DNA from: Gammaproteobacteria bacterium
Lineage (GTDB): Bacteria > Pseudomonadota > Gammaproteobacteria > Eutrophobiales > Eutrophobiaceae
Direction of reading: 5' to 3'
Assembly: GCA_014239225.1 (NCBI GenBank)
Contig: JAAZZI010000001.1
Coordinates: 1 to 28,302, forward strand
DNA: 28,302 bases
The notes under the pieces: model-generated
Database searches by the model: none
What the model was told of the DNA's origin: nothing
The model's input: the letters and a program-made list of their open reading frames with translations, nothing else
Shown here: piece by piece, positions 1-9,953 of the stretch
Numbering within the stretch: the first letter of the stretch is position 1
Layout: every line of letters begins with the position of its first letter
Translations under genes and position numbers: made by a program

Positions 1-217
<217 letters not shown>

Positions 218-220
218 TTA

Positions 221-1123
<903 letters not shown>

Positions 1124-1133
1124 CTAAAATTAT

Positions 1134-1520
1134 TTATTTATTATTCACAAAAATTGACAATCCAATTAAATTTACCAACAACACTAAGCCATAAGTAAGA
1201 ATCATTAATCCAAAATTTAACATCTCAACCAACAAAAATGAGAGCACAAAAAAAACAATTGTTGTGACAATCTTCATTGCCTCACCAACATAGAACCAAA
1301 TCAAGATATTGCTTGAATTTGTCGCTGATATTTTTAATGAGAGCTTAGCAAAAATTGCATTTGGCAAAATGTAAGCAAAGCCGCCTAAAATAACAGAGTA
1401 TGTAAACTCAAGACTGGAAAATATAAATACAATAAACCCAGTCAACATCACTGTGATCGTCTCGAATACCAACAACTTACTAACAGTAGCGCGATTTCTT
1501 ATTATTTCATCCGTCCCCAT
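1134..1520 (-). CDS. atpI: ATP synthase protein I (AtpI/UncI)
   Basis: Hydrophobic 4-TM-like protein with GG..YILPNA and FYVGEAMK motifs, upstream of atpB. Start moved from 1580 to the ATG at 1520 (MGTDEIIRN) because a GAGGT RBS lies at 1531-1535. Confidence 0.85.
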   Translation of the reverse strand: MGTDEIIRNRATVSKLLVFETITVMLTGFIVFIFSSLEFTYSVILGGFAYILPNAIFAKLSLKISATNSSNILIWFYVGEAMKIVTTIVFFVLSFLLVEMLNFGLMILTYGLVLLVNLIGLSIFVNNK

Positions 1521-1614
1521 ATTTCGCACTACCTCAAAATAAACTACTACATCTCTGGTAAGGGAGTACCAGTGAGACACAAACTGCCCTCGTACATCAT
1601 CAAAGGGATGAGAA

Positions 1615-1643
1615 AGTATAAATATCTAACTTACAATGATCAA
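1615..1643 (-). promoter_or_regulatory. sigma70-type promoter of the atp operon
   Basis: Minus strand TTGATC-N17-TATACT in the parB-atpI gap. Confidence 0.6.
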
Positions 1644-1663
1644 TGACCGTGTGGCTAATTTAT

Positions 1664-2533
1664 TTAATCTAATCGTTTGAGTATTCCTTCAAGCTCTGCC
1701 AGCGAATTATAATTAATCTGTAATTTTCCTCGGCCAGTGGATTGATGTGCAATTGAAACCTTAGCAGCTAATCGTTGGGATAAATCATTCTCCAACCTAC
1801 TAATATTCGGATCTTTGGGGCTATTTTTAGAATTATTTTGCTTGTATCCAGCCAAATATTGTTTAACCAAATTCTCTGTTGCTCTAACTGAAAGGCCCTG
1901 TTTTACTATTTTTGATGCTACCTCTGATTGCTGGGCTAACGTTAACGGAAGTAGTGCTCTTGCGTGTCCCATATCAAGTTTACGTCCTTCCAACATCTTT
2001 TTAACATTGTTATCTAATTCTAATAGCCTTAATAAATTGGTCACCGTTGGTCGTGAACGTCCAACTGCTTCTGCTACCGCATCATGAGTCATTTCAAATT
2101 CATTAATTAAACGCTCAAGGGCTCCCGCTTCTTCCAATGGGTTTAGATCCTGCCGCTGAATATTCTCGATTAACGCTAAGCACATCGCCTCATGATCTGT
2201 AACGTCTTTAATGATAACGGGGATATCATGAAGACCAGCTATTTGTGCTGCGCGCCAACGACGTTCGCCAGCAACAATTTCGTAGGAATTTCCATCAGCT
2301 ACAGGCCGTACCAAAATTGGCTGCACTACACCTTGAGTTCGAATAGAGTCAGCAAGAGTATTTAAAGCATCTTGATTAAAATCTTGTCTTGGCTGGTGTT
2401 GACCTCTCTTTACAAGATCTATCGCTAACATTTTCAGTGCACTGCTCTCACTGGAAGATGCCAAGTTTACATCACTGCCTACCCCTAATAGAGCATCGAG
2501 ACCTTTACCTAATCCACGTTTTTTTGCAGTCAT
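1664..2533 (-). CDS. parB: ParB/Spo0J chromosome partitioning protein
   Basis: KRGLGKGLDAL ParA-binding N-terminus, QPR, GVVQPILVR, YEIVAGERRWRA (CTP-binding box), ENIQRQDLNPLEEA, HTH region, and MGHARALL. Confidence 0.96.
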   Translation of the reverse strand: MTAKKRGLGKGLDALLGVGSDVNLASSSESSALKMLAIDLVKRGQHQPRQDFNQDALNTLADSIRTQGVVQPILVRPVADGNSYEIVAGERRWRAAQIAGLHDIPVIIKDVTDHEAMCLALIENIQRQDLNPLEEAGALERLINEFEMTHDAVAEAVGRSRPTVTNLLRLLELDNNVKKMLEGRKLDMGHARALLPLTLAQQSEVASKIVKQGLSVRATENLVKQYLAGYKQNNSKNSPKDPNISRLENDLSQRLAAKVSIAHQSTGRGKLQINYNSLAELEGILKRLD

Positions 2534-2561
2534 ATTCGTTATTAATTTAGTTATCTTCGTT

Positions 2562-3335
2562 CTATGCGGCTAAACCTTGTCGTCTTAGCATCTCTCCGGC
2601 TAAAGCTAAATAGGCAACTGCGCCACTTGAAGATTTATCATATGTTAAAGCTGTCAGGCCATGGCTCGGTGCTTCGGCCAATCTGACATTTCTAGGAATG
2701 ATTGTGCGATAAACTTTTTCTCCAAAATGCTCAATTAATTGGGCAGATACCTGGATAGCTAGATTATTTCGAGGGTCATACATTGTTCTTAATAAACCTT
2801 CTATTTTGAGATTTGAATTTAAATGTTTGCGTATCTTCTCAATAGTTTCTAATAATCCTGTTAAACCTTCCAAAGCATAATATTCGCACTGCATCGGAAT
2901 CATAACTGAATTTGCCGCTACTAACGCATTTACTGTCAACATATTTAGAGAAGGCGGACAATCTATAAGAATAAAATCATAAGTATCTTTGACTGTCTCT
3001 AGAGCATTTCTTAATCTAAGTTCTCTTGCTATTTCATCCAAAAGGCCCACTTCTGCGCCAGTTAAATCAGAATTACTTGGTATTAAATCATATTTTCCTT
3101 CTGGGGAATCGACAATAACTTCGTTTACGTGCATATCACTCATTAGCAAATCATAACTTGAAATTTCAAGGTGTTGTTTATCAATACCACTGCCCATCGT
3201 TGCATTACCTTGCGGGTCTAGATCAACCAACAAAACACGTCGTTTTGTCGCTGCTAATGATGCAGCGAGATTCACACTTGTTGTTGTCTTCCCTACGCCA
3301 CCTTTTTGATTGGCAACTGCAATAATTCTACCCAT
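2562..3335 (-). CDS. parA: ParA/Soj ATPase
   Basis: Deviant Walker A NQKGGVGKTT, DLDPQGNAT, DCPPSL, QCEYYALEG and IPRNVRLAEAPSHG. Confidence 0.97.
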   Translation of the reverse strand: MGRIIAVANQKGGVGKTTTSVNLAASLAATKRRVLLVDLDPQGNATMGSGIDKQHLEISSYDLLMSDMHVNEVIVDSPEGKYDLIPSNSDLTGAEVGLLDEIARELRLRNALETVKDTYDFILIDCPPSLNMLTVNALVAANSVMIPMQCEYYALEGLTGLLETIEKIRKHLNSNLKIEGLLRTMYDPRNNLAIQVSAQLIEHFGEKVYRTIIPRNVRLAEAPSHGLTALTYDKSSSGAVAYLALAGEMLRRQGLAA

Positions 3336-3378
3336 TAAATTACCGTTATTTTGATACTAAAATTCAAAGATACACTCT

Positions 3379-3408
3379 ATCATATTGAACCTGAACTGCC
3401 ATGCGCAA
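3379..3408 (-). promoter_or_regulatory. possible sigma70 promoter for parAB
   Basis: Minus strand TTGCGC-N18-TATGAT in the rsmG-parA gap. Confidence 0.4.
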
Positions 3409-3414
3409 GAGATT

Positions 3415-4035
3415 TCAATTCAATTTCTGAATTTTCACAAGTTTCGATTTCGCTCCCAAATCTGATGAAGGCAGGTCAAAAATCTTGATTTGAAAATTAT
3501 GCTCAGCTAATTCTTGAATTTCATCATCGGCTGCTTCCCCCTTCATTGCTAACAATTGATTGCTAGATGTAACTAGATGTCCTGTCTGTTGCAACAATCG
3601 TTTCAATGGCGCAAAAGCTCGGCAAATAACCGTATCAAAACTGATGGTTGGCACATATTCCTCTATACGCGATCGAATAATCTCAATATTATCTATGCAA
3701 AGCTGATGTTTTACATGCTGAAGAAACCGAACTTTCTTTTGAGAATTATCGAGTAATACCCATTTTTTATCTGGTTGCGCTAATGCCAAAACAATCCCCG
3801 GTAAACCAGCTCCCGTCCCGACATCTAAACAATGCATACCTTTGATATACGGTAAAACTGATAAGGAATTAATAATATGGCGCGTGATTATTTGCTTGGG
3901 TTCTTTTATAGCTGTTAGGTTATAGGCTTGATTCCACTCTTCCAATAATTGAATATAAATTAAATATTCATCACATGGGTATTGTTCGGGAATAAGACCT
4001 AAATTATTGAGCTCATCCTCTAGAAGGTCTTGCAT
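3415..4035 (-). CDS. rsmG: 16S rRNA m7G527 methyltransferase RsmG (GidB)
   Basis: WNQAYNLTA, SAM motif LDVGTGAGLPG, RAF and LAMKG; canonical position between mnmG and parA. Confidence 0.93.
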   Translation of the reverse strand: MQDLLEDELNNLGLIPEQYPCDEYLIYIQLLEEWNQAYNLTAIKEPKQIITRHIINSLSVLPYIKGMHCLDVGTGAGLPGIVLALAQPDKKWVLLDNSQKKVRFLQHVKHQLCIDNIEIIRSRIEEYVPTISFDTVICRAFAPLKRLLQQTGHLVTSSNQLLAMKGEAADDEIQELAEHNFQIKIFDLPSSDLGAKSKLVKIQKLN

Positions 4036-4052
4036 AAATTTTCTCTATAGCG

Positions 4053-5948
4053 TTAGGCGGTTTGCTTAAGCAGTAATAATTGTCTCTTTAAATGAATTCG
4101 TAATAAAGATATTGCCGCTGGCGTTATTCCTTGAATACGTGATGCCTGCCCGAGACTAACTGGACGATGCTTAGAAAGTTTTTCGATGACTTCGGCGGAT
4201 AAACCCCTCACCTTTGTATAATCAATATTTTCCGGCATTGTAGTTTCTTCATGTTGCAGATTACGTTCAACTTCTTCCTCTTGGCGTTTAATATACCCTG
4301 AGTACTTGGCCTGTACTTCGACTTGCTCAGCTACCTTTGGATCAATCTCTGGTATACCAATATTGGGTAATTTTGAAATGTCGCAATAATTGAAATCTGG
4401 GCGTTTTAATAATCCTAAAAGATTTGTATCTTTTCGTATTGTTTTGCCAAGAAATTTTTCGGCAACTTCAATAGGAAACGACTTAGATCCTACCCATATC
4501 TTTTCTAAACGGTTAGATTCTTTTTCAATGGCATCGCGTTTTTTATTAAATAATCTCCAATGTTCTTCATTGATCAAACCTAATTTATTAGCGTGTTCGG
4601 TTAAACGAAGGTCAGCATTATCTTCACGTAGCATCAAACGATATTCAGCACGGCTAGTAAACATTCTATAAGGCTCAGTCGCTCCCATAGTAATTAAATC
4701 ATCGACCAACACACCAAGATAAGCTTCATCTCGACGAGGATACCAAGGATCTTTTTCATTATTTCTAAGTCCTGCATTTAAACCAGCTAATAATCCTTGT
4801 GAAGCGGCCTCCTCATAACCAGTTGTTCCGTTTATTTGACCCGCAAAGAATAACCCTTTAATAAATTTAGTTTCAAGCCACGGATACAAATCCCGAGGAT
4901 CAAAAAAATCATACTCAATTGCGTAACCTGGGCGTGTAATATGAGAATTTTCAAATCCCTTAATTGAACGTATCAACTTAAGCTGCACATCGTAGGGCAA
5001 TGAGGTTGAAATGCCATTCGGATAAACTTCTCCGGTATTCAATCCTTCCGGCTCTATAAAAATTTGATGCGAATTCTTACTGGAAAAACGAACAACCTTG
5101 TCTTCTATAGAGGGACAATAGCGCGGGCCCTTACTTTCGATTGTTCCGTTATACATTGGAGAACGTTCTAATGCATCACGAATAATTTCGTGGGTGGATT
5201 CATTGGTAAAAGTTATATGGCAAGGTATCTGTTTTGGATGTTCGGCGATATCACCAATAAAAGAAAATACGGGAATTGGGTTATCGCCAAATTGGACGCC
5301 ACATCTTTTATAATCAATGGTGTCCCCATCAATACGTGGAGGAGTCCCGGTTTTTAATCTACCGACATTAAACGGTAATTCTCTTAGACGCTTAGCTAAT
5401 GCGATTGAAGGTTTTTCACCAGCCCTGCCTCCTTGATGCTGGTTATCGCCAATAAAAATCTTGCCGCCTAAAAACGTACCCACAGTCAAAATAACTGATG
5501 GGGCAAAAAACTTTAATCCGATTTTTGTCACCACCCCTCTGACCTGCTCCCCTTCAACCAATAGATCATCGACAGATTGCTGGAAAATAAATAAATTCTT
5601 TTGATGTTCCAAGATAGGACGAACAGCCTCTTTATAAAGAGAGCGATCAATTTGTGCTCGTGTTGCACGAACCGCTGGACCCTTACGAGAATTAAGAACG
5701 CGGAACTGTATACCGCTCAAATCTGCGGCATGGGCCATTAAACCGCCCATTGCATCAATATCCTTAACGAGATGTCCTTTGCCAATACCGCCAATTGCAG
5801 GATTACAAGACATCTGCCCCAAAGTATCAATGCTATGAGTCAATAATAATGTTTTTACTCCCATTCTTGAGGACGCAAGCGCAGCCTCGGTGCCGGCATG
5901 ACCGCCGCCAACAACAATCACATCAAATGTTTCGGAATGTTTAGCCAT
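4053..5948 (-). CDS. mnmG: tRNA uridine-5-carboxymethylaminomethyl modification enzyme MnmG (GidA)
   Basis: FAD motif [63 protein letters not shown] and [12 protein letters not shown]. The ATG at 5948 ([10 protein letters not shown]) is preferred over 5969; the start is uncertain. Confidence 0.97.
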   Translation of the reverse strand: MAKHSETFDVIVVGGGHAGTEAALASSRMGVKTLLLTHSIDTLGQMSCNPAIGGIGKGHLVKDIDAMGGLMAHAADLSGIQFRVLNSRKGPAVRATRAQIDRSLYKEAVRPILEHQKNLFIFQQSVDDLLVEGEQVRGVVTKIGLKFFAPSVILTVGTFLGGKIFIGDNQHQGGRAGEKPSIALAKRLRELPFNVGRLKTGTPPRIDGDTIDYKRCGVQFGDNPIPVFSFIGDIAEHPKQIPCHITFTNESTHEIIRDALERSPMYNGTIESKGPRYCPSIEDKVVRFSSKNSHQIFIEPEGLNTGEVYPNGISTSLPYDVQLKLIRSIKGFENSHITRPGYAIEYDFFDPRDLYPWLETKFIKGLFFAGQINGTTGYEEAASQGLLAGLNAGLRNNEKDPWYPRRDEAYLGVLVDDLITMGATEPYRMFTSRAEYRLMLREDNADLRLTEHANKLGLINEEHWRLFNKKRDAIEKESNRLEKIWVGSKSFPIEVAEKFLGKTIRKDTNLLGLLKRPDFNYCDISKLPNIGIPEIDPKVAEQVEVQAKYSGYIKRQEEEVERNLQHEETTMPENIDYTKVRGLSAEVIEKLSKHRPVSLGQASRIQGITPAAISLLRIHLKRQLLLLKQTA

Positions 5949-6002
5949 AACGCGGCATATTCTAGCCATTACCCAAAAGAATGTAAGGTGAAATCATTAA
6001 AA

Positions 6003-6031
6003 ATTTTAGATAGGCATAATAATTAGAGCAA
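6003..6031 (-). promoter_or_regulatory. sigma70-type promoter for mnmG-rsmG
   Basis: Minus strand TTGCTC-N17-TAAAAT in the yrdA-mnmG gap. Confidence 0.5.
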
Positions 6032-6055
6032 GTCATTTATAAAAATAGTGATATT

Positions 6056-6583
6056 TTATGAGTTTTTATGCAATTCTTTTAGCCTAACGTAATGCTCAGC
6101 TGAATATTTCAAAAAAGCCATTTCTTTTTGATTTATTGGTCTTATCTTTTTTACTGGGCTACCCACATATAAGTAACCTGACTCAAGCTGCTTCCCTGCT
6201 GGAACAAGACTGCCCGCGCCTATAATAATCTTGTCTTCCAAAACCGCGCCGTCCATTATAGTAGCTGACATCCCAATTAAACATAAATTACCGACGGTAC
6301 ATGCGTGTAATGTTGTTCGATGTCCCACTGTGACACTATCGCCTACCAATAAAGGCTCGCCCCCGGGAGAAAATTCTCCATCATGCGTAGCGTGTAATAC
6401 ACAAGCGTCCTGAATATTAGTGCATTTTCCAATCTTAATTGCTTGAACATCTCCACGAACAACTGTCATTGGCCAAAGTGAACTATCTTTGCCAACGATA
6501 ACATCTCCAATAATAACGGCAGAATCATCGACATATACTGTTGGATGAATATTGGGAAATTTATTTTTAAATTCTCGAATCAT
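6056..6583 (-). CDS. yrdA: gamma carbonic anhydrase family protein (YrdA-like, hexapeptide repeat)
   Basis: IGDV..G..SSLWP..VVRGDV, TNIQD..VLH, VTVGH...LH (three metal-ligand His residues), GAGSLVP.GK.LESGYLY.GSP. Confidence 0.88.
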   Translation of the reverse strand: MIREFKNKFPNIHPTVYVDDSAVIIGDVIVGKDSSLWPMTVVRGDVQAIKIGKCTNIQDACVLHATHDGEFSPGGEPLLVGDSVTVGHRTTLHACTVGNLCLIGMSATIMDGAVLEDKIIIGAGSLVPAGKQLESGYLYVGSPVKKIRPINQKEMAFLKYSAEHYVRLKELHKNS

Positions 6584-6690
6584 AAAAAATTAAGTAAATC
6601 TGAAAAAAAATATACTATTTAAATTATAATGAATTAGTTAAATTGTATTGGAAAGATGAAATACATGAAACTCAAATCAATTAAATTGTC

Positions 6691-8112
6691 ATGCAAGATA
6701 TAAATAAAGATTTAGCAGTCTCATTGACTAACGAAGAATGGGGAAACTCAATAATTCCCGAACTAGTGGAATACATTCGTATCCCAAATAAATCCCCTGC
6801 TTTTGATCCTGATTGGCAAAAAAACGGATACATGGATCAAGTTGTTGAGCAATTTTCTGCATGGAGCCAACGTCAAAATATCGAAGGAATGAAGCTCGAT
6901 GTAGTTCGTCTACCTAAGCGTACCCCCCTCATTTATATAGATATCCCCGGTGATATTGAAAATACAATACTGCTGTACGGACATCTTGATAAACAACCAG
7001 AAATGAAAGGCTGGAAGGAAGGATTTGGTCCTTGGGAACCGGTTTTGAAAGAAAATAAACTCTATGGTCGTGGGGGGGCAGATGATGGTTATGCGCTATT
7101 TACTTCCTTATTGGCAATCAAAATACTACGCGATCAAAATATTCCTCATGCTCGTTGTGTTGTGATTATAGAAGCATGTGAAGAAAGTGGTAGCTATGAT
7201 CTTCCTTTCTATATTGATTATCTAAGCGAACAACTTGGAAAACCTGAATTGGTTATTTGTTTAGACTCGGGGTGTGGTAATTATGATCAGCTCTGGTCAA
7301 CCACATCATTGCGCGGCCTGGTCGGAGGAGAACTAAAGGTGGAAGTACTCGATGAGGGCATTCATTCTGGTGATATTAGCGGTATTGTCCCTTCTAGTTT
7401 CCGAATACTAAGACAATTAATTGACCGTATTGAAGACCCAATTTCCGGACAAATACTCGCTAAGGATTTTTATGTTGATATTCCGAACAAACGTATTCAG
7501 CAGGCAGAACATGCGGCTAATGTGCTAAACAAGAACATATATGAACGCTTTCCAATGAAAGACAGCATGCGGCCTGTCACTGATGATCTGGTAGAATTAA
7601 TCCTAAATCGAAGTTGGCGACCAGCTCTATCTTATCTTGGCGCCAGCGGTTTACCCGAAATTAATGATGCTGGTAATGTACTTCGTCCATTCACATCAAT
7701 TAAATTATCAATGCGACTACCACCCACATGTAATGCTAAACGTGTCAGCAAACAACTTGAAGAACTGTTATTAAATAATCCTCCTAATGGAGCAAAGATT
7801 TCTTTTAAACTTGATTGTGCCGTTAATGGCTGGATGGCGCCTGAAATATCCCCATGGTTAGAAAAAGCCTTAAATGATGCATCAAAAAATTATTTTAATA
7901 AGCCAGCAATCCATATGGGTGAAGGTTGGTCAATTCCTTTTATGGGTATGCTCGGTGAAAAATTTCCTGAAGCACAATTTTTAATTACTGGAGTACTTGG
8001 TCCAGGCTCAAATGCACATGGTCCAAATGAATTTTTACATATTCCTGCTGCAAAAAAGATTACATGTTGCGTGGCTGAAGTTATTGCTAAACATTATTTG
8101 ACACATACATAA
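6691..8112 (+). CDS. M20 family metallopeptidase (dipeptidase/ArgE-DapE-like)
   Basis: Metal and catalytic motifs YGHLDKQP, LYGRGGADDG, EACEESGS, LDSG, HSG and SNAHGPNE. Confidence 0.9.
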   Translation: MQDINKDLAVSLTNEEWGNSIIPELVEYIRIPNKSPAFDPDWQKNGYMDQVVEQFSAWSQRQNIEGMKLDVVRLPKRTPLIYIDIPGDIENTILLYGHLDKQPEMKGWKEGFGPWEPVLKENKLYGRGGADDGYALFTSLLAIKILRDQNIPHARCVVIIEACEESGSYDLPFYIDYLSEQLGKPELVICLDSGCGNYDQLWSTTSLRGLVGGELKVEVLDEGIHSGDISGIVPSSFRILRQLIDRIEDPISGQILAKDFYVDIPNKRIQQAEHAANVLNKNIYERFPMKDSMRPVTDDLVELILNRSWRPALSYLGASGLPEINDAGNVLRPFTSIKLSMRLPPTCNAKRVSKQLEELLLNNPPNGAKISFKLDCAVNGWMAPEISPWLEKALNDASKNYFNKPAIHMGEGWSIPFMGMLGEKFPEAQFLITGVLGPGSNAHGPNEFLHIPAAKKITCCVAEVIAKHYLTHT

Positions 8113-8154
8113 TCTTTTAGACTATTAAACAAAAAATAATCTGGGGTACAAAAA

Positions 8155-9021
8155 ATGAAAACTGGTTTTATTGGGCTTGGGGCAATGGGTACACATATGG
8201 CAAGAAATCTTGCCAAGGCTGGTTTATTAGAAACTGTTTTTAATCGGACTTTAACAAAATCAGAATTGTTTAGAAAAGAATTTGCTTGTTCGGTGTCGAT
8301 TTCGCCTAGTGAATTAGCTAAGCAGTGTGAGCTTATTATTATTAGTGTATCGCGTGATACTGATGTTCTTGAAATAGTTAATGAAATGAAGACTGACATA
8401 AATGCTAATAGTATTGTTATCGATACATCAACTGTTAGTGCAAATACAGCAAAAGAAGCAGCAAACTTATTGCTTAATGTAAATTCAAATTTTCTTGATG
8501 GGCCTGTCTCCGGTGGTGTTGAAGGCGCCAAAAATGCAACACTGGCAATGATGGTGGGTGGTGATGAAAAAATTCTAGACAAAGCACGCCCCATTTTAAA
8601 TGTCATTGCTAAAAATATTGTTCATATCGGTGCTAACGGTTCCGGCCAAGCAACTAAAGCAGTTAATCAAATCATGGCAGCGGGAATAAATCAGGCAGTA
8701 ACAGAGGCTTTAGCATTTGGCGAGGCAATGGGTTTGCCCATGGACAAGGTTATAGACATTGTTTCAGCTGGTGCTGCCAGTAACTGGTTCCTAGACCATC
8801 GCGGGAAGACGATGTTATCAGGTGAATTTAAACCCGGATTTAAACTAGGTTTACATCAAAAAGACCTCTCAATTTGCCAATCAATGATACGCTCTATAAG
8901 TGAGAACGCATTACCAATCATCGAAATGACATTAATCCACTATAAACAATTAATAGATGAGGGTTATGGCGATGAAGATATTTCAGCATTATTTCGTCTG
9001 AAACAGAAAAATCTACGCTAA
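8155..9021 (+). CDS. NAD(P)-dependent beta-hydroxyacid dehydrogenase (3-hydroxyisobutyrate dehydrogenase/GarR/GlxR family)
   Basis: Rossmann GFIGLGAMG, DTST, substrate motif FLDGPVSGG..GA, catalytic Lys in GQATKAVNQ, and F..GFKL.LHQKDL. Confidence 0.88.
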   Translation: MKTGFIGLGAMGTHMARNLAKAGLLETVFNRTLTKSELFRKEFACSVSISPSELAKQCELIIISVSRDTDVLEIVNEMKTDINANSIVIDTSTVSANTAKEAANLLLNVNSNFLDGPVSGGVEGAKNATLAMMVGGDEKILDKARPILNVIAKNIVHIGANGSGQATKAVNQIMAAGINQAVTEALAFGEAMGLPMDKVIDIVSAGAASNWFLDHRGKTMLSGEFKPGFKLGLHQKDLSICQSMIRSISENALPIIEMTLIHYKQLIDEGYGDEDISALFRLKQKNLR

Positions 9022-9080
9022 TTAAGCCATTTTATTAATAAATTGGAACTGTTATAGACATATTACGTCTATATGAGAAA

Positions 9081-9108
9081 TTGACTGCGCGCTTATTTTG
9101 TGGAAAAT
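9081..9108 (+). promoter_or_regulatory. possible sigma70 promoter for the ABC module
   Basis: TTGACT-N16-GAAAAT followed by a GC-rich tract. The -35 is good and the -10 is weak. Confidence 0.35.
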
Positions 9109-9129
9109 AGTGCGGTCGTAAATCTTAAG

Positions 9130-9148
9130 ACATAGTTAGAAACTATGT
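9130..9148. repeat. perfect 8-3-8 inverted repeat (operator or hairpin)
   Basis: ACATAGTT-AGA-AACTATGT; its core is ATAG-N7-CTAT, a T-N11-A pattern. Confidence 0.6.
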
Positions 9149-9215
9149 ACGATTTAAGAATAACCAGTTCATTAACATAATAAATATTTTTTAAATCTAT
9201 AAATTAATACAAATA

Positions 9216-9953
9216 ATGTCACAAGCAATCAAAATAAAGTCACTGACGAAGTCTTTTGGGGCAATTCATGCGGTGCGTAATGTTTCATTTAATGTCAGCC
9301 ACGGCGAAGTTCTTGGTTTCCTTGGGCCAAACGGTGCGGGGAAATCCACGACCATGAAAATGATAACTGGCTTTCTTGAACCTACAAGTGGCACTGTTGA
9401 AGTTAATGGTCACGATGTTTTAGAAAATCCTTTATCTGTTAAACGCTCCATTGGTTATCTCCCGGAAGGTGCCCCAGCTTATGGTGAAATGACTGTTAGA
9501 AACTTTCTTAATTTTATCGCAGATATTCGACAATTAAATGGGGCAATTCGTAAAAAACGTCTTGATGAAGTTATTGAAACTATCAATATCGGGACTGTTA
9601 TCGATCAAAGTATAGAAACTTTATCAAAAGGCTTTAAACGTCGAGTCGGATTAGCTCAAGCGATACTACATGATCCAAATATATTAATTCTTGATGAGCC
9701 AACTGATGGACTTGACCCTAATCAGAAACATGAAGTTAGAAACTTGATCAAAAAAATGTCGAAGGAAAAAGCAATTATTATATCGACCCATATTCTTGAA
9801 GAAGTTGATGCCGTATGTACGCGTGCAATCATCATTTCATCTGGTGAATTGCTTTTTGATGGAACACCAACACAGCTTATCGCAAAATCAGATCAAAATG
9901 ATATTGATCATGCTTTTCGTAACATAACAATTTCAAATTCTACCAAGCCATGA
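9216..9953 (+). CDS. ABC transporter ATP-binding protein, GldA-like
   Basis: Walker A GPNGAGKST, YLPE Q-loop variant, signature LSKGFKRRVGLA, Walker B ILILDEPT, and STH H-loop. ATGA overlap with the next gene. Confidence 0.92.
   Translation: MSQAIKIKSLTKSFGAIHAVRNVSFNVSHGEVLGFLGPNGAGKSTTMKMITGFLEPTSGTVEVNGHDVLENPLSVKRSIGYLPEGAPAYGEMTVRNFLNFIADIRQLNGAIRKKRLDEVIETINIGTVIDQSIETLSKGFKRRVGLAQAILHDPNILILDEPTDGLDPNQKHEVRNLIKKMSKEKAIIISTHILEEVDAVCTRAIIISSGELLFDGTPTQLIAKSDQNDIDHAFRNITISNSTKP

Noticed and set aside
9099-9107. DnaA-box match TGTGGAAAA (TTTTCCACA)
   Set aside because: It is a single box with no cluster or unwinding element, so it cannot support an oriC call.
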